Assembly: GCF_032191835.1 (NCBI RefSeq)
Contig: NC_083223.1
Span: forward strand, 250,604,001-250,668,000
Origin: Heteronotia binoei
Lineage: Eukaryota
Length of the DNA stretch: 64,000 bases
Direction of reading: 5' to 3'
Numbering within the stretch: the stretch's first letter is position 1; every line of letters begins with the position of its first letter. Shown here piece after piece: positions 35,365 through 49,300 of this stretch. The notes under the pieces are model-generated. The model saw only the letters and a program-made list of their open reading frames with translations. It ran no database searches and was not told the origin of the DNA. Position numbers and translations under genes: made by a program.

Positions 35365-38300
35365 GGGACAGGCCGCTTTCATAAAATGTGTTCCCCTTTT
35401 CTAGTCAAATATATGCAACCCTACCGAACAAGCCCACTCTTCTTTCTAGATATGACAGTCTAAAGTGACAGTTTTTATTTTACTGGACTGAACCCTAGGC
35501 TGGCTGGCACCTTGGCAAGGCTGACTTCTGATGTCCCTCCTCCACTAATAACATCACTGAGTCACATGGGGGACACCCAATTCAGTGTCCCCAGAAGGTC
35601 AGCACCCGAGGCAATTGCTTAGTTTGCCTAACGGCGGGGCTGGCCCTATGGGCCAGGCACCTTTAACAGATGCACAAGAGACAGCTATTGGACAGGTAAG
35701 ACATGTCAGAGGGACTCTGCCCTGATTGTTGCACTGTTGGCAATGGTCCCAAAGTAGCCCCAAAATATTCCCTCAGTATGAAAAATAGAAGAGTCTTGAC
35801 TTTACTCACCCCGCCCTGAAGCACACATTGTATGAACAGCGATGGAATCACAACCGTTCTGTCACTCTTAAAACACCACCACAGTTAAGGATTGTGGATG
35901 TGTTAAGGTGACATTCAGATAAATCAGCCAATCAGATACTGGTTTTAAATATGCAGAGAAAATCAAGGAGCTGGGAGGATCATCCATAGACCACCTGTCC
36001 TGCACAGAAAAACTTACATCACAGGCCACAAAGCAAAGCTGCGAAAACAAACTAACAAGAAGAAAGAGTTGCCAACTTTCTGGCTGGACCTGCTCCCAAA
36101 AGCAGGGCTTTTTTTTTTTGGTAGAAAAAGCCCAGCAGGAACTCATTTGCATATTAAGCCATATACCCTGAAATCATCATTGTTCACACAGAGCTTTTTT
36201 GTAGAAAAAGCCCAGCAGGGACTCATTTACATATTAGGCCACTCCCCCAACACTAAGCCAGCTGGAACTGTGTTACTGTGCATTCCTGCTAAAAGATCAG
36301 CCCTGTTTACAAGCATCTTCCTCAGAAGGCGATAATGCTTATTTCCAAGGCCTGGAAACAATTCACTTGCAGACCAACAGTTGGATGTAAAAAAGTGCAA
36401 AAAGCAAGTGAAATAATTTTTCCAGTTCTGCTGGTAATCTTACTGATAAAAGTGTTTACAAAATCAACACCTGCAAGGGAGTTCAACTGTAGGGAGAGGC
36501 CTGTGACTCGGTGATAGAAGCATAGAATTGCAGAATTGGAAGGGCATCCAGGCCATCAAGTCCAACCCCCTGCTCACTGCAGGATCAGCCTGAAGCATCC
36601 CTGAGCAGTGTTTCTGCAGCTGCGACTTAGATTGCCAGTGAGGTGGAGCTCACCACCTCCCTAGGTAGCTGGTTCTGCTGTTGAATAATTCTTACTGTAA
36701 AAAAGTTTTCTCTAATATCCAGCTGGTACCTTCCTGCCCTTAATTGAAACCCATTATTGTGAGTCCTCTTCTGCCAACAGGAACAGCTCCCTTAAGTGAC
36801 AGCCCTTCAAATACTCCAAGAGAGCAATCATGTCCCACCCCACACCTCCTCTTCTCCAGACTGAACATAGAGCATCTGCTTAGTGTCAGCAGGTCTCAAG
36901 GTTGAATCTTTGGCATCTCCAGTTAGAAAGATGATGAAAGATTCTCGGAAGTTGCTGCTGCCCCCACCAGTCACAGTAGACAATTCTGACCTTGATAGAC
37001 CAAGAGGTCTGACTAGTATCAGGCAATTTCATGTGTTCAGTTGTTAGAAGTAAACAAATGCTCCCCGCAGTGTTGTTATGGAGCACAGGTCCATCAGTGG
37101 CTATTAGCCACAGTGTGTGTGTATATATAAAATTTTTTGCCCCTGTGTGACACAGAGTGTTGGACTGGATGGGCCGTTGGCCTGATCCAACATGGCTTCT
37201 CTTATGTTCTTATGTTAGACAGATGCCTTGCAAACTGAATTATAGCAGATACACCCCAGACAGTAGAAAAACTCTTCCTAAAAGTCAAGTACGAAGGAAC
37301 TCTTCATCTGAATGTAGCTCTACACCACCCACAGAATCATAGAATTGGAAGGTGCTTACAAGGTCATCTAGTCCAACCTCCTGTACAATGCAGGAACTTC
37401 ACAAATACCTCCCCCCACCACATCCCCAGTGAACCCTGCTCCATGCCCAGAAGGTGGCAAAAACCTCCAGCATCCCTTGCCAAACTGGGGTGGAGAAAAA
37501 TTGCTGACTGACCCCAAAGTGGCAATCAGCATTTCCCTGGGTGTGTAAGAAAGGGCCACAAGAACTAAGTACTGATGCAACCCTTCCTGCCCTCCCTCTC
37601 ATGATCTGCCTAAGTTCACAGAATCAGCATTGCTGTCAGATGGCCACCTAGCCTCTGCTTAAAAATCTCCATCCTGCATCTTCTTATTACAGTTATTCCC
37701 AGCCCTTTGGAGGATGGTGAAGCAACGTGGCTCTCAGGTGGGGAAATAAGGCCCTTCCTGACTCTGTGAGTTCTGACCTACCCCCTGAGATGCCAGAAAA
37801 GGTAAGTAAATGAATATCTATTGTAATTTGACAGTTTATTGGGAAACCATCCATGTCATGTTTAGTTTAAAATCTCCTATGCCACGTAGGACAGTTAAAT
37901 CCAAGTGCAGTAGCACCTAAGAGATCAACAAGACTTTTAGGGCAAAAGTTTCTGAGAGTTAAAGCTCCCTTCATCAGAAAGGAATAGGAATGGAAATCTG
38001 AGTCTTTATATCCCAGTCAGAAGGTGGGAGAGGTGTTGTAAAGATGCAAAGGTACAAATGCATATTGTAGTCAGCTTGATTAGGGGAAACGCAGAAGGGA
38101 GCCTTGACTCTCAGAAACTTATGCCATGAAACTCTCATCCATTTCTAGGGTGCTTTGGGACCTGAATCTCACTGTGCTACTGCAGACCAACATGGCTATC
38201 CTCTGAAATGAAGCCACTAAGAAAGCATGGAGATCGGTGTGGAGGGAGCACCTTCAGGACACCAAGGAGGTATGGTAAGTAAGAAAGAAAAAATGCCTAT

Positions 38301-41300
38301 CACCTTTCATGAACAAATATCTCCATTTCTATTTCAAACCCAAAGGGTGACGATGCTGGAAAAATTATCCCATTTTCCTGGATCAAGTGGAAACCTATCA
38401 TAGCTGTAGGTTGACCCCACAAATATGCATAACTCTCCGCCACAACCACATATAAGTTACCGGTCAGCATCACCTCTTCTGGCTTGAGATTCCACAAGTA
38501 AATCTTGCAGAGTGTGATAAAGAACTTCCCTTTATTTGTTCCCAATCAACTGTTCGTCAACTGCATATGGTGATCCCATGCTACAGATCGATGGTTGTGG
38601 AACAGTGCTCTCTATCCCTCTTCTTCCTTCCACCCCATGCGTAAGTGTGTAAACCTTTCATGTCTTCTTTAGTAGGTTTTGTTTTTTAGAAAAAGACCCA
38701 AACGTCTAACTTTTCCTACTAGGGAAGCTGCTTTAACATCTTTGCTTGTTGGGCTGCCCTTTTTCTGCCTGTTCTCCAGTTCTACAATATCCTTTTTGAG
38801 AGGGAGGGAATTTCAAAAGAAGCATCTTTTCTCTTCCATTGCAGAAATCTCTCCTTCTAAGCCACTATTAAAGGCAGATGCCTTTATAGAAAGATCCTTT
38901 CCCACATCTGGCCACCCCAGTCCTCAAACCACAACTGCCCAGGAGGTATCCATGCAGCTGCTTACCTGTCATTGAGGGTAACCACTGCAGATTCCTGTGG
39001 CTGACCATCATCGGAGTTTATCTCCCAAGGGGCACAGGCACCCCAGGGTGGCACCCCTGCCAGCAACCCACTCAGTAGCAGCATGTGCCACATGGCCAAG
39101 TTGAATGTATCTGGGCAAAGGCGAAGGGGAGTGGGTTTTGCGGCCAGGTGGGCAGGATGGCGAGTGAAGCTGAGGGGGGGGGGGGACTGGGAAGAGATGT
39201 GAGCGGACAGACTGTGGGAACCCACTTTTATCTGCCTCTCCTCCAGCACTCTGGTGACCTTGGCATTCTTCACAGGCAGGCTTGTGTCTTCCTCGACAGG
39301 AACTGGGAAAGGAGTATCAGATGCCAGCTTTCTGCCCTTTGGGGTATGGCCAGACACTCCCCCCCCAATCAAATCCACCCCTTTTAAAAATCATAAAAGC
39401 AAGGGGGCCCCCTTTAGGCACCATAGCTGGTACCCATTGATGAACCAATCTTTTGTGAATCTGTCTAATCTTCTTTTAAAACCATCTATTCTCATCGCTA
39501 CGTCTACTGGTTTAATTCAGACTTGAGCCAAGAGTCTGTATCAGAAGAAACTGCTTTATGCTTTGTAACAAGTGGAATAAAGACGAGGGCCTCTGAGTAT
39601 GAGCAGAGCACAGTGCATTTTTAATAATCAGCCACTGAGTAACCACATCCTATCCCAGGAATGGGGAGTAGAACTTCCAATTCAGAGGTGGATGTAGGGA
39701 GCAACACAAGGAGGAGAAATTTGCCATGGATTGTGCTTGCTGAATTCTGTGCCCCTTGAAAACTCATAGAGATACAGTGCCAATCAGGGTCAGATTAACA
39801 ATTAGGCCAAGTGGGCACGGGCCTATGGGCTCCCATGCCTTTAGGGGCCCCAGACCAGCTCCCCCCCACCCCGTTTCCCCCCCTGCTTGCAGCCCTCCCA
39901 GCTTGCAAGTGCAGTCAGCAACTCAACTGCTCTTTGCCTGACTTGCCCGCCTGGTGCGGCTGCCGCTTATATCATCACCAAGTTTGCCTCTGTCTGCCTC
40001 TTCCCCAGAACTTTGTCGAAGGGGCTTTTGAGAAGGGGCTTGCAGGCTGCAGTGTGGGCTGTGGGTGGCAGGGCAGGTGTTCTGACTCTGAAATAATTTA
40101 CAAGGGGGTTTCTGAGATTTTAACTGCCTAGCAGCCTCCACAGGGTTTAATCTGGCACTGGTGCCAATAGAAGTTGTCGTCACTAGATTGTCATATTTGT
40201 AGGGCATCTCTACCATTTCCACATGTTAAGTCTCCATTATAGGACAGGACATTTTCTCTAGGCTGCTGGCAAGCCTAGCCCTGACCTGAGGAATGGAAGC
40301 TGCCACACAGAATGTTTAAGGTTAAAAAAGCACCTTTAACTCTCTCCTAAAATTAGACAAACAAAATGTAAGATTTTGCAAACAGAGGCTTAAAATGGGC
40401 ACTGTGGCATACGCCTGTCTATAGCCTAGCAGCAGAATGTTGGTCCATCTGCTGCTTCCAGAATGCATTACAGTCATCTCAATAAAACCAGAGTGTAGCT
40501 GTTTGCAGCCAAATTGTTTCTCTTCATGATTGGGCACAGCAGGTAGACAAGATGCCCCATCATGAAGCCAATGTGCACTGGCCCTGTACATTTTTTTAAA
40601 AAAAGGATTAGAAACATTTGTAAATGATAGACCTAGGGTTGCCAGGTCTGTGTTGGAAAATATCTGGAAGAAGAAGAAGAAGAAGATATTGGATTTATAT
40701 CCCGCTCTCCACTCCAAAGAGTCTCAGAGCAGCTCACAATCTCCTTTACCTTCCTCCCCCACAACAGACACCCTGTGAGGTGGGTGGGGCTGGAGAGGGC
40801 TCTCACAGCAGCTGCCCTTTCAAGGACAACCTCTGCCAGAGCTATGGCTGACCCAAGGCCATGCTAGCAGGTGTAAGTGGAGGAGCGGGGAATCAAACTC
40901 AGTTCTCCCAGATAAGAGACCGCACACTTACTACACCAAACTGGCTCTCCACCAAACTCGCTCTACACCAAACTGGCTCTCTCTATCTGGAGACTTTGGA
41001 GGGGAGCCAGGAGAGGGCGGAGTTTGGGGGAGGGGAGGAGCCTCAGCAGGGTACGATGTCACAGAGTCCACCCTTCAAAGCAGCCATTTCCCCCAGAGGA
41101 GCTGATCTCTGCCAGCTGGAGATCAATTTTAAAAGCAGGAGGTCTGCAGGCCCCACCTGGAGGCTGGCAACCCTAGGTCCTCTCCATAGCAACCAGCCAT
41201 GATAGCCAAATAGAGCCTCCAGAATTAAGAGGCAGCCTACTCCTGAGTACCAGATGCTGTAGACCAGGGCTCCCCAACTTTTTGAGCCTGCAAGCACTTT

Positions 41301-41596
41301 TGAAATTCTGACATAGCATGGTGGGCACAGCAACAAAATGGGTACCACAAGCCGTACCAGATCTACATGTTTTTGAAAGGGGGAAAAGTTAAAAAATGAC
41401 ACCCCCTTATGGGCCATTCTATTTTATGGTCCCATAGAATACAATGGACTTCCAATTTGGTGGCCCCCCCTCTGTCAGCGCCTGGGGCAAGCACCCCCCT
41501 CTGCCCCCGCCCTAGATCCGGCCCTGGCCACAGGAGGCAGAAAGCCAGCCAGAAAATGATTGCTACCCTGCTTAACTTCAGTAACTCAGTGTAGAA

Positions 41597-42103
41597 TAGG
41601 GTTGCCAATCCCCAGGTGGGGGCAGTGGATCCCCTGGTTTGGAGGCCCTCCCCCCGCTTCAGGGTCGTCACAAAGCGGGGGGAGGGGAGGGAAATGTCTG
41701 CTGGGAACTCTGTTATTCCCTAAGGAGATTTATTCCCATAGAAAATAATGGAGAATTGATCCGTGGGTATCTGGGGCTCTGGGGGGGCTGTTTTTTGAGG
41801 TTGATGAACCAAATTTTCAGTACAGCATCTAGTGCCTCCCCCAAAACATTCTCCAAGTTTCAAAACGATTGGACAAGGGGGTCCAATTCTATGAGCCCCA
41901 AAAGAAGGTGCCCTTATCCTTCATTACTTCCTATGGAAGGAAGGCATTGAAAAGGTGTGCTGTCCCTTTAAATGTGATGGTCAGAACTCCCTTTGGAGTT
42001 CAATTATGCTTGTCACAGCCTTGATCTTGGCTCCACCCCCAAAGTCTCCTGGCTCCACCCCCAAAGTCCCCAGATATTTCTTAAATTGGACTTGGCAACC
42101 CTA
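41597..42103. mobile_element. hAT MITE of the tagggttgcca...tggcaacccta family (representative copy)
   Basis: TIR tagggttgccaa; TSD gtgtagaa/atgtagaa. Other copies at about 13.3-13.5, 27.2-27.4, 33.2-33.4, 40.6-41.2, 43389-44286 (TSD gcaggact), 45.0-45.2, 46789-47310 (TSD gctgaatg/gctaaatg), 48.6-48.8, 51.0-51.5 and 58.3-58.8 kb. Confidence 0.85.
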
Positions 42104-45100
42104 ATGTAGAACCTTGTGCTGTGGTGACAGCTACTGCCAAAGTAACATTTTTAAAAATCTGCACAGCCAATGAAATCTCCAACAACCAATCAGAAATCTT
42201 GCTGGACAAAAGTCCTTCCCGAACCTGCTCAATTCCTAAAAACACTTGATGGGTACCATCAGAGGTCATTTTGTAGAAAAATAGGTGGTGGAGCTCATTA
42301 GCATAACTTATTAGCATATGCCAGCCCCCCACCAATCAAAAGAAACCCAACACAAGAAAGGAGAGCCCCGGGTGAGTGAGGCCTGCTTGGGCTGGCCTGA
42401 GATTCAGCCAGCCCAAGAACCTCACTCTCCTGCCCCGCCTCCCAGTCAAAAGGCCCGCAAGCTACGGACCCGTTGCCCAAAATCACATAAGTGGATACAG
42501 GGTGGTGTGGGCTTCTCCAGGGGTTGATGAGGGCTGCTGGGGGCATGGCAAAAAACCCCTGGTGGCTGGCTGGCTGCCCACTCTCCTAATCCAGGGATTG
42601 TTATGCAGCTGCATTTGCTATTCAATGGACAAGGTAGGTGGGGAGGAGAAGGGGAGCCATCAGAAAGGTTCAGGAGCTGTTCTCCTGCGAGCTCCTGCTG
42701 AATCTGAGGCCAGGGTGCCACCAGAAAAGATTTTTTGAAAAAGAGCTTTATTGAAATAAATATCAATGTACATAGTAAAACAAAATGACAAACACAACAA
42801 AAATATATCGTATCACAATATAAATAAAGTACAGTACACAACATACAGGGGTAGTGAGGATTTACAAAAGAAAATAGATAGTAATAGCAGCAGTCATAAG
42901 TTTAGGCTAAATACAGAACAAACTAACAAAACATCCCATAGCAAATGGCATGCAGCAGGGTTTCTTTCTAGGAGAGGGGGACCACTTCTCCATTAAAGGT
43001 AAATGCTGAAGAGGGTTATCTTGAGTTTGTAAATTTGCAGTGATCTTATCCATTATGTTTTTAAGTACCAGGCATGTATTGTGGGAGGGGAGGGTGGGGG
43101 GGGATTTTATCTTTCCATTTGGAACAGCTTTGGCAGCCATAAGTGAAATCAGTATCAAATCTCTTTTAGGTTTTGGAATAGTGTTATGTTTCCAAAGACT
43201 GAGAAGAATCAATTCAGAAGAAAGCAGAATCAAGAAACCTGTAATTTAAAAAATTTCGTTAAGGATTTACTTCCCCAAAAGTAGTGAACACAGCGCAAGC
43301 CCACCAGAAAAGATATTGGTGAGTGCCAGGGCACCCACAAGCATCATGTTGGGGACCCCCTGTTACAGACAAACAGCTGGGCAGGACTCAGGGCTGCCAG
43401 GTCCAGTTCAAGAAATAGCTGTGGACCTTGGGGGTGGAGCCAGGAGATATTGGGGGTGGAGCCAGGAGCAAGATTGTAACAAGCACAGAGCAAGTGGGAC
43501 CATCTGCAATAATAGACAGATAAACAAGAGTTCTGGCCATCACATTTAAATGCCTTCCCTTCATTGGAAACAATGAAGGATAGGGGCCCCTTCTTTTGGG
43601 GCTCATAAAATTGGACCCCCTGGCCCAATCTTTTTGAAACTTGGAGGGTGTTTTGAGAAGATCCTATGCTGCAAATTTGGTCCCTCTACATCAAAAAACA
43701 ATTCCCAGAGACCCAGATACTTGTGGATCAATTCTTGATGATACCTTATGCCATGCAGGGTTTCCCAAACTCCCCCCTCCTCCTGTGGCCCATTTTCCCC
43801 CCATGGTCTGGGTGGAGGATACAGGGAGTGATACAGAGACTGCACACCAGCCAGGAGCTTTCCCTGTCCCTCTCTGATGTTTCCAAACATCAAAGAAGGG
43901 CGGAGGAGCGTGCCTGTCTGGCACGCAGTCTCAGTATCGCTCCCTGAGCATCCTCTAGCTGGAGGATGCTCAGAGAGTGCTACAGTCAGTGGTGGTGGCA
44001 TGGGGGGCAGGGGCTGGAGCGCGGCGCTGCATTGCGACACCAAAGATAAATATAGAAGGGAGTTGGTCCACCCCTGGCGACCTGGCATTGAGGCTTGCGT
44101 GGCCTGGTACCAGGTCATGACCCTGCAAATGGGAAACGCTGCCCTATGGGAATCGGTCTCCATGGGGAATAATGGAGTGCCCAGCGGACATTTCCCCCCT
44201 CCCCCCACTTCCTGATGGCTCTGAAGCAGGGGGAGGGTCTGCAAGCCAGGGCTTCCCCTGACCCCACCTGGGGTTTGGCAACCCTAGCAGGACTAGATCG
44301 TCATGTTCCAGCCACAGGATTCTAATGGCACCTGGATGGCCAATTAGATGCTCGCCCAGATGGACCATTAATCTCATCCAGTAAAGGAAGCTCTGCTATT
44401 CTGATAAAAAACACTTGTCTCTTTTCACTGGACTGACAGGTTAGAGATTGAGGAGGAAGCCAGCAAGAGGAGGAGGCCCAGTTCCCTGTTTTCTATATTG
44501 CTGTTTCTTCGGGCCAGACATTCCAGGGGAACAGAAAAGGATTGTCTGTGCTATAAATAGCTCCCCAGGTTGGCTGCCAGGGGTGCATGTGGAAGGGGTG
44601 TGTGTATGCATGCATGCGGGAACAGAAAGGCGAGAATCTGCTTGGAGTAGATTAGCTGTCTGCAAACATGGCTCTGCACCTGCTCCCAAGGCCTCAGCAT
44701 CAAAGGACGGAGTGGGGAACAAGGTGGGGAAGCTGGTGGCTTTGGAGGAGAGGAGGGGGCTGGGGAGTCTGGCCCCTGCCAAGATGTTCCAGACCCCTTC
44801 TTAGAATCTTCAGCCTTCATTTAAAAAGTAATTATAGTAAAAATAGTTTTGAACTTTAAAAAAAAAACTTTTAGAGATAAAGGAAAAACAAAACGTGCAG
44901 GAGGTGGAATTCAACTCAAATGTTTTCCAAAGTTCCAGGGATCCCAAGGACACTAATTGTATCTCGTTTTTCCAGGTATAGGAGAACAAGTTGAGGTATG
45001 TGTATGCTTAACTAGGGTTGCCAGTCTCCAGGTGGTAGCTGGAGAGCTCCTGGAATTACAGCTGGTCTCCAGGTACCAGTTCACCTGGATGCTTTGGAAA

Positions 45101-45339
45101 GTGGACTGTATAGCATTGTACCCCACTGAGGCTCCTCCCTTCCCCAAGCCCCACGCTCCCCAGGTTCCACCACCAAACCTCCAGGTATTTCCAAACCCAG
45201 AAGTGGCAACCCTAGTGCGAAACTGGATGAAGAAAGTCAAGAAAACAGACTACAGTAACAGACTACAGTAACAACCCATCTCTCAACAGATACCCAAGCT
45301 AAAGCAAAAAGGGGAAAAAATGCACAGGTAGCGTACTTT

Positions 45340-45750
45340 AGATGTTTAGATGTTGGAGAAACGTCCACTGTGGGGTGACATGATAGAGGTTTACAAGATT
45401 ATGTATGGGAAAGAGAAGGTAGAGAAAGAAGTACTTTTCTCCCTTTCTCATAACCCAAGAACTCATGGACATTTAATGAAATTGCTGAGCAGTTGGGTTA
45501 GAACTGATAAAAGGAAGTATTTCTTCACCCAAAGGGTGATTAACATGTGGAATTCACTGCCACAGGAGGTGATGGCACAGTGGGGGGGGCACAGTGGGAC
45601 CTCTTGATGGCACTTGATGGCGGGGGGCACAGTGGCTCCACTGGTGGACCTCTTGATGGCACTTGGGTTTTTTTGGTCACTATGTGACACAGAGTGTTAG
45701 ACTGGATGAGCTATTGGCCTGATCCAACATGGCTTCTTTTATGTTCTTAG
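45340..45750 (+). mobile_element. CR1 LINE 3' fragment
   Basis: LEKRPLWGDMIEVYKIMYGKEKVEKEVLFSLSHNPRTHGH...YFFTQRVINMWNSLP and a (cttatgtt)n-type 3' end. Short related ends at about 5860-6010, 30280-30500, 37080-37215 and 56840-57065. Confidence 0.85.
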
Positions 45751-46060
45751 AGAAATCCTGACAGGTAGCTACTTTAGACAACTGCTCTTAATGCTCAGCA
45801 CTGAATCTAGTGCCATGCACCAAGCCAGGCTTATACACTCAGCTTCTGAAAGGAAACATGCCTGGACTCACATCTGCTTAAAAGACCCAGTCTTGTGCAT
45901 AGAAGGAGTCCAGCAGCAGAATTTGACAAAGGGAGCTTTGACTCATGAGAACTTATACCCTGGAAATGTTACTGGTTTTTAAGGTGCTGCTGGACTCTAA
46001 TTTTGTTTTTCTGCTACCACAGACTAATATGGCTGCTCACCTGAAACCATCTTGCATCCA

Positions 46061-46397
46061 GGGCTGGATTAACAATGGGGCCAAGTAGGTACTGGTCTAT
46101 GGGCCCCCATGTCCTTAGGGGCCCTGGGCTGGCTTCTCCCCCTGATTTCCCCCTGCTTGCAGCCCTCAGAGCCTGCACACCCAGCCAGCAACTGAGCCGC
46201 CCTTTGCCTAACTTGCCTGGTGTGGCTGCTGCTGGCGTCACCATGTTTGCCTCTCTCTGCCTCTCCCCCACAGCTTTGTCAAAAGGGCTGTTGAGAAGGT
46301 GCCTGCAGGCTGCAGCAGGGGCCATGGGTGGTGGGGTGGGTGTTCCGATTCTTGAGATAATTTGCAAGAGGGCCCCCAAGGGTTTAATCCGGCACTG
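46061..46397. mobile_element. hAT-type MITE; related copy at about 39776-40160
   Basis: Ends cagggctggattaa / ttaatccggcactg; TSD cttgcatc/tttgcatc. Confidence 0.75.
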
Positions 46398-49300
46398 TTT
46401 GCATCTGTGTCTGAGGACATTCTATGGTTTACCTGGAAGTGAGGCAGTTTCTTCAGGGAAAAATCTCTACATGTGCTCAGAGGCATGTTTGTTTAACTTT
46501 ACACTTTTGACCCAGCCCAGGTCTTGAGCTCTGCTTGTGTACAGGAAAGTTGTACAGAAATGTCTTTTGCAGGAGATGGAACACATGGGTTGCAATCTCC
46601 AATACTACTTCACATTTTTAAATAATGTACATGTCCATAATATCACACATACCCTGCAGCACCGTGAAGAGAAAAGCTGTGCAGGTCAGAATTCTCTATA
46701 ACTCAGCCAGTCTATGGAGATGTTTACTCAGATGCAGAATTGCTAGCTGCTGGGGCAAGGAGTCTTATCCTTTAGTAGAGGCTGAATGTAAGGTTGCCAA
46801 ATCCAATTCAAGAAATATCTGGGGACTTTGGGGGTGGAGCCAGGAGATTTTTGGGGTGGAGCCAGGAGACATTGGGGTGGAGCCAGGAGCAAAGGTGTGA
46901 TAAACATATTTGAACTCCAAAGGGAGTTTGGTCATCACATTTAAAGGGACTGCACACCATTTTAAATGCCTTCCTTCTATAGGAAATAATGAAGGATAGA
47001 GGCACCTTCTTTTGGGGCTCATAGAATTGGCCTCCCTGGTCCAATCTTTTTGAAACTTGGGGGGTATTTTGGGGAGAGGTACTGGATGCTACATGGAAAA
47101 TTTGGTACCTCTACCTCAAAGCACAGCCCCCTCAGAGCCCCAGATACCCATGGATCAATTCTCCATTATTTCCTATGGGAATAAGTCTCCATAGGGAATA
47201 ATAGAGTTCCCAGCAGGCATTCCACCCGCACCCCCTTTCTGATGACCCTGAAGCAGGAGGGCTTCCAAACTGGGGGATCTCCTGTCCCCACATCGGAATT
47301 GGCAACCCTAGCTAAATGGGATGCTATTCACCAGGCAACACTATTTACTTCCTTGTTATGATAAGCTTCAGCTACCTGTTTTCATGCAGTAAGTCTCTAT
47401 TGCAGGGACAGCAACCTTGCTGACGCTAAGTACATCTCAGTATGATTTCTATGGACGATCTCCTTTGAACCCCCATGTTTGCTCCATGAGAAGAAAGTGA
47501 ATTATACATTTAACAAATGAAGTAAATGCAGCAGATCTCAGAAGTAGATAACTTGGGGGAGAGAGGAAGGAGCTTTAGAGGAGATGGTTAGTGTGGGCAA
47601 GAAACTGTTTGGCCACAGAAATGGTCTCCAGCATAAACAGAATCTGTCCAGTCTACCAGCAAGAAGGAGAAGGAGTTCCAAAAGGCTAGAGGAAAAAGTC
47701 CTGTGTGGAAATAGGCAGTGGAAGCTTTTCATGGCATGGGGTAAATAACATCCCATTAAGGAGATAGGATGTTTTGTTGTTTGGGCAGTTGGTAAATTTA
47801 AATTCTTCCAAGCCATTGGGGGGCGGGTGTTTACTTTTTGTCCATTCTCTATACCTTTAAGAGCTGTTGGGTACACACAAATTAAGAAGTGATTGTGTTT
47901 ATTCTTTCTGTTTTGTGAAAAACCATACCTGCTGAGAATCTACACCTCAAGGAGCCTCAAGCTATTATTCAAGCCGCAAGACTAGAGCAGGCTGGTTTAT
48001 CCTCTAATCAGTTGGCAACCATAGAAACCACATCCTCTAATCTGAAAGGCTGGGTCCTGTTCCAGATGTTCAAGGGCTCCTGTTTCAGGTCTCAGCTGGG
48101 GGAGGAGGTGTAAAGTCAGTTGATGGGCAGAGGGAAGTCCCCTGAAAGGTTGGACGCCAGAAACCAAAAACTGTGTTTAGATACATTAAACACAAAAGTA
48201 CATAATCCATACTTTTTTTAAAGTGCATTTGTTGTAATAATAAAAGTAAAGATCCTCTGGAGGAATAGTTGTGCAATTTGAAACATGGGGTGGGAGAAAG
48301 AAAAGCCGCACCCCCTCTGAAATGTGCCCTTGCGGAGGCGTGGAGCAGAAGAGAGGACTTGAGGCAGCCAAGAACTGTGTTGACCTGTATGCACTAAAGG
48401 TGGCAGAAAAACCTGTATTGCTTTGATGCAGGGGTCCCCAACATGGTTGCCATAGTGATATGGTATCCAGCAACACCTTTTCTGGCACCCACCAAAAGTT
48501 TTTAGGGAGTGGGAGGGGGCAGGGAGGACTTTAGCCCAGCAGGGCTTCTGATTGGCCATTGGAGATTTGATTGGCTGTGCAGATTTTTTTTTAAATGTAG
48601 CTTTGGCAGCAGCTGCCACTACAGGTAGGGTTGCCAGGACTGTGTTGGAAAATACCTGGAGACTTTGGAAGGGGGGGATGGATCCATGAGAAGGCAGGAT
48701 TTGTGGAAGGGCCTCAGCAAGATACAGTCCACCTTCAAACAGCCATTTTCTCTAGAGGAGCTGATCTCTGCCAGCTGGAGATCAGTTGTATAAATCGGGA
48801 GATCTCCAAGCCCACCTGGAGGCTGGCAACCATATTTGCACTGTGTAACTGAAATGAAGCAATCATTTAGTGGCTGGCTCTGCCTCATGTGGCTGACATT
48901 TTGTGGCATCTATTTGGCCGGTGTGCCTGCCATGCCATGTCAGAATTCCAAAACAGTCTAAAAAAAGATGCGGACCCCTGCCTTAATGGCTAAGCAGCTT
49001 TTCCAGCGCTGTTCCCCTCCCCGCAATGGATATCTATAGAAGTGAGTGCCATCACACTGCAAGCAATCAGTTCCTACCCAGTCCTGTGTGTGCCTCTGAT
49101 TTTGGTGGGACTGATTTAGAATGCTCAAGGTTACAGGTAATTCCCAAGGCGCAGCTGTATTAAGTCTATAGCAGCAAAATAAATCAGGAGTCCAGCGACA
49201 CCTTAAAAGACTTATTGCAACATAAGACTTTGTGAGTTAGAGCTCACTGCAGCAGAGGCAATGAAGTGTACATCCATACTGTTGAAATGTGGTGGGTGTG

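Noticed and set aside
35810-35860. Strong minus-strand donor GGG|GTGAGT at 35810 as an alternative GSDF-like exon 1
   Set aside because: The phase-2 frame contains a TGA shortly upstream, with no ATG or hydrophobic leader; it could only be a non-coding exon.
37693-37801. Plus-strand segment ending in a strong donor (AAG|GTAAGT), considered as an upstream CTSW exon
   Set aside because: There is an in-frame TGA at 37718-37720 and no signal peptide; a better CTSW exon 1 exists at 52626.
43603-44244. 213-aa ORF and several other long ORFs in 40-52 kb
   Set aside because: They lie within multi-copy hAT MITEs (tagggttgcca family); GC-rich non-coding repeats.
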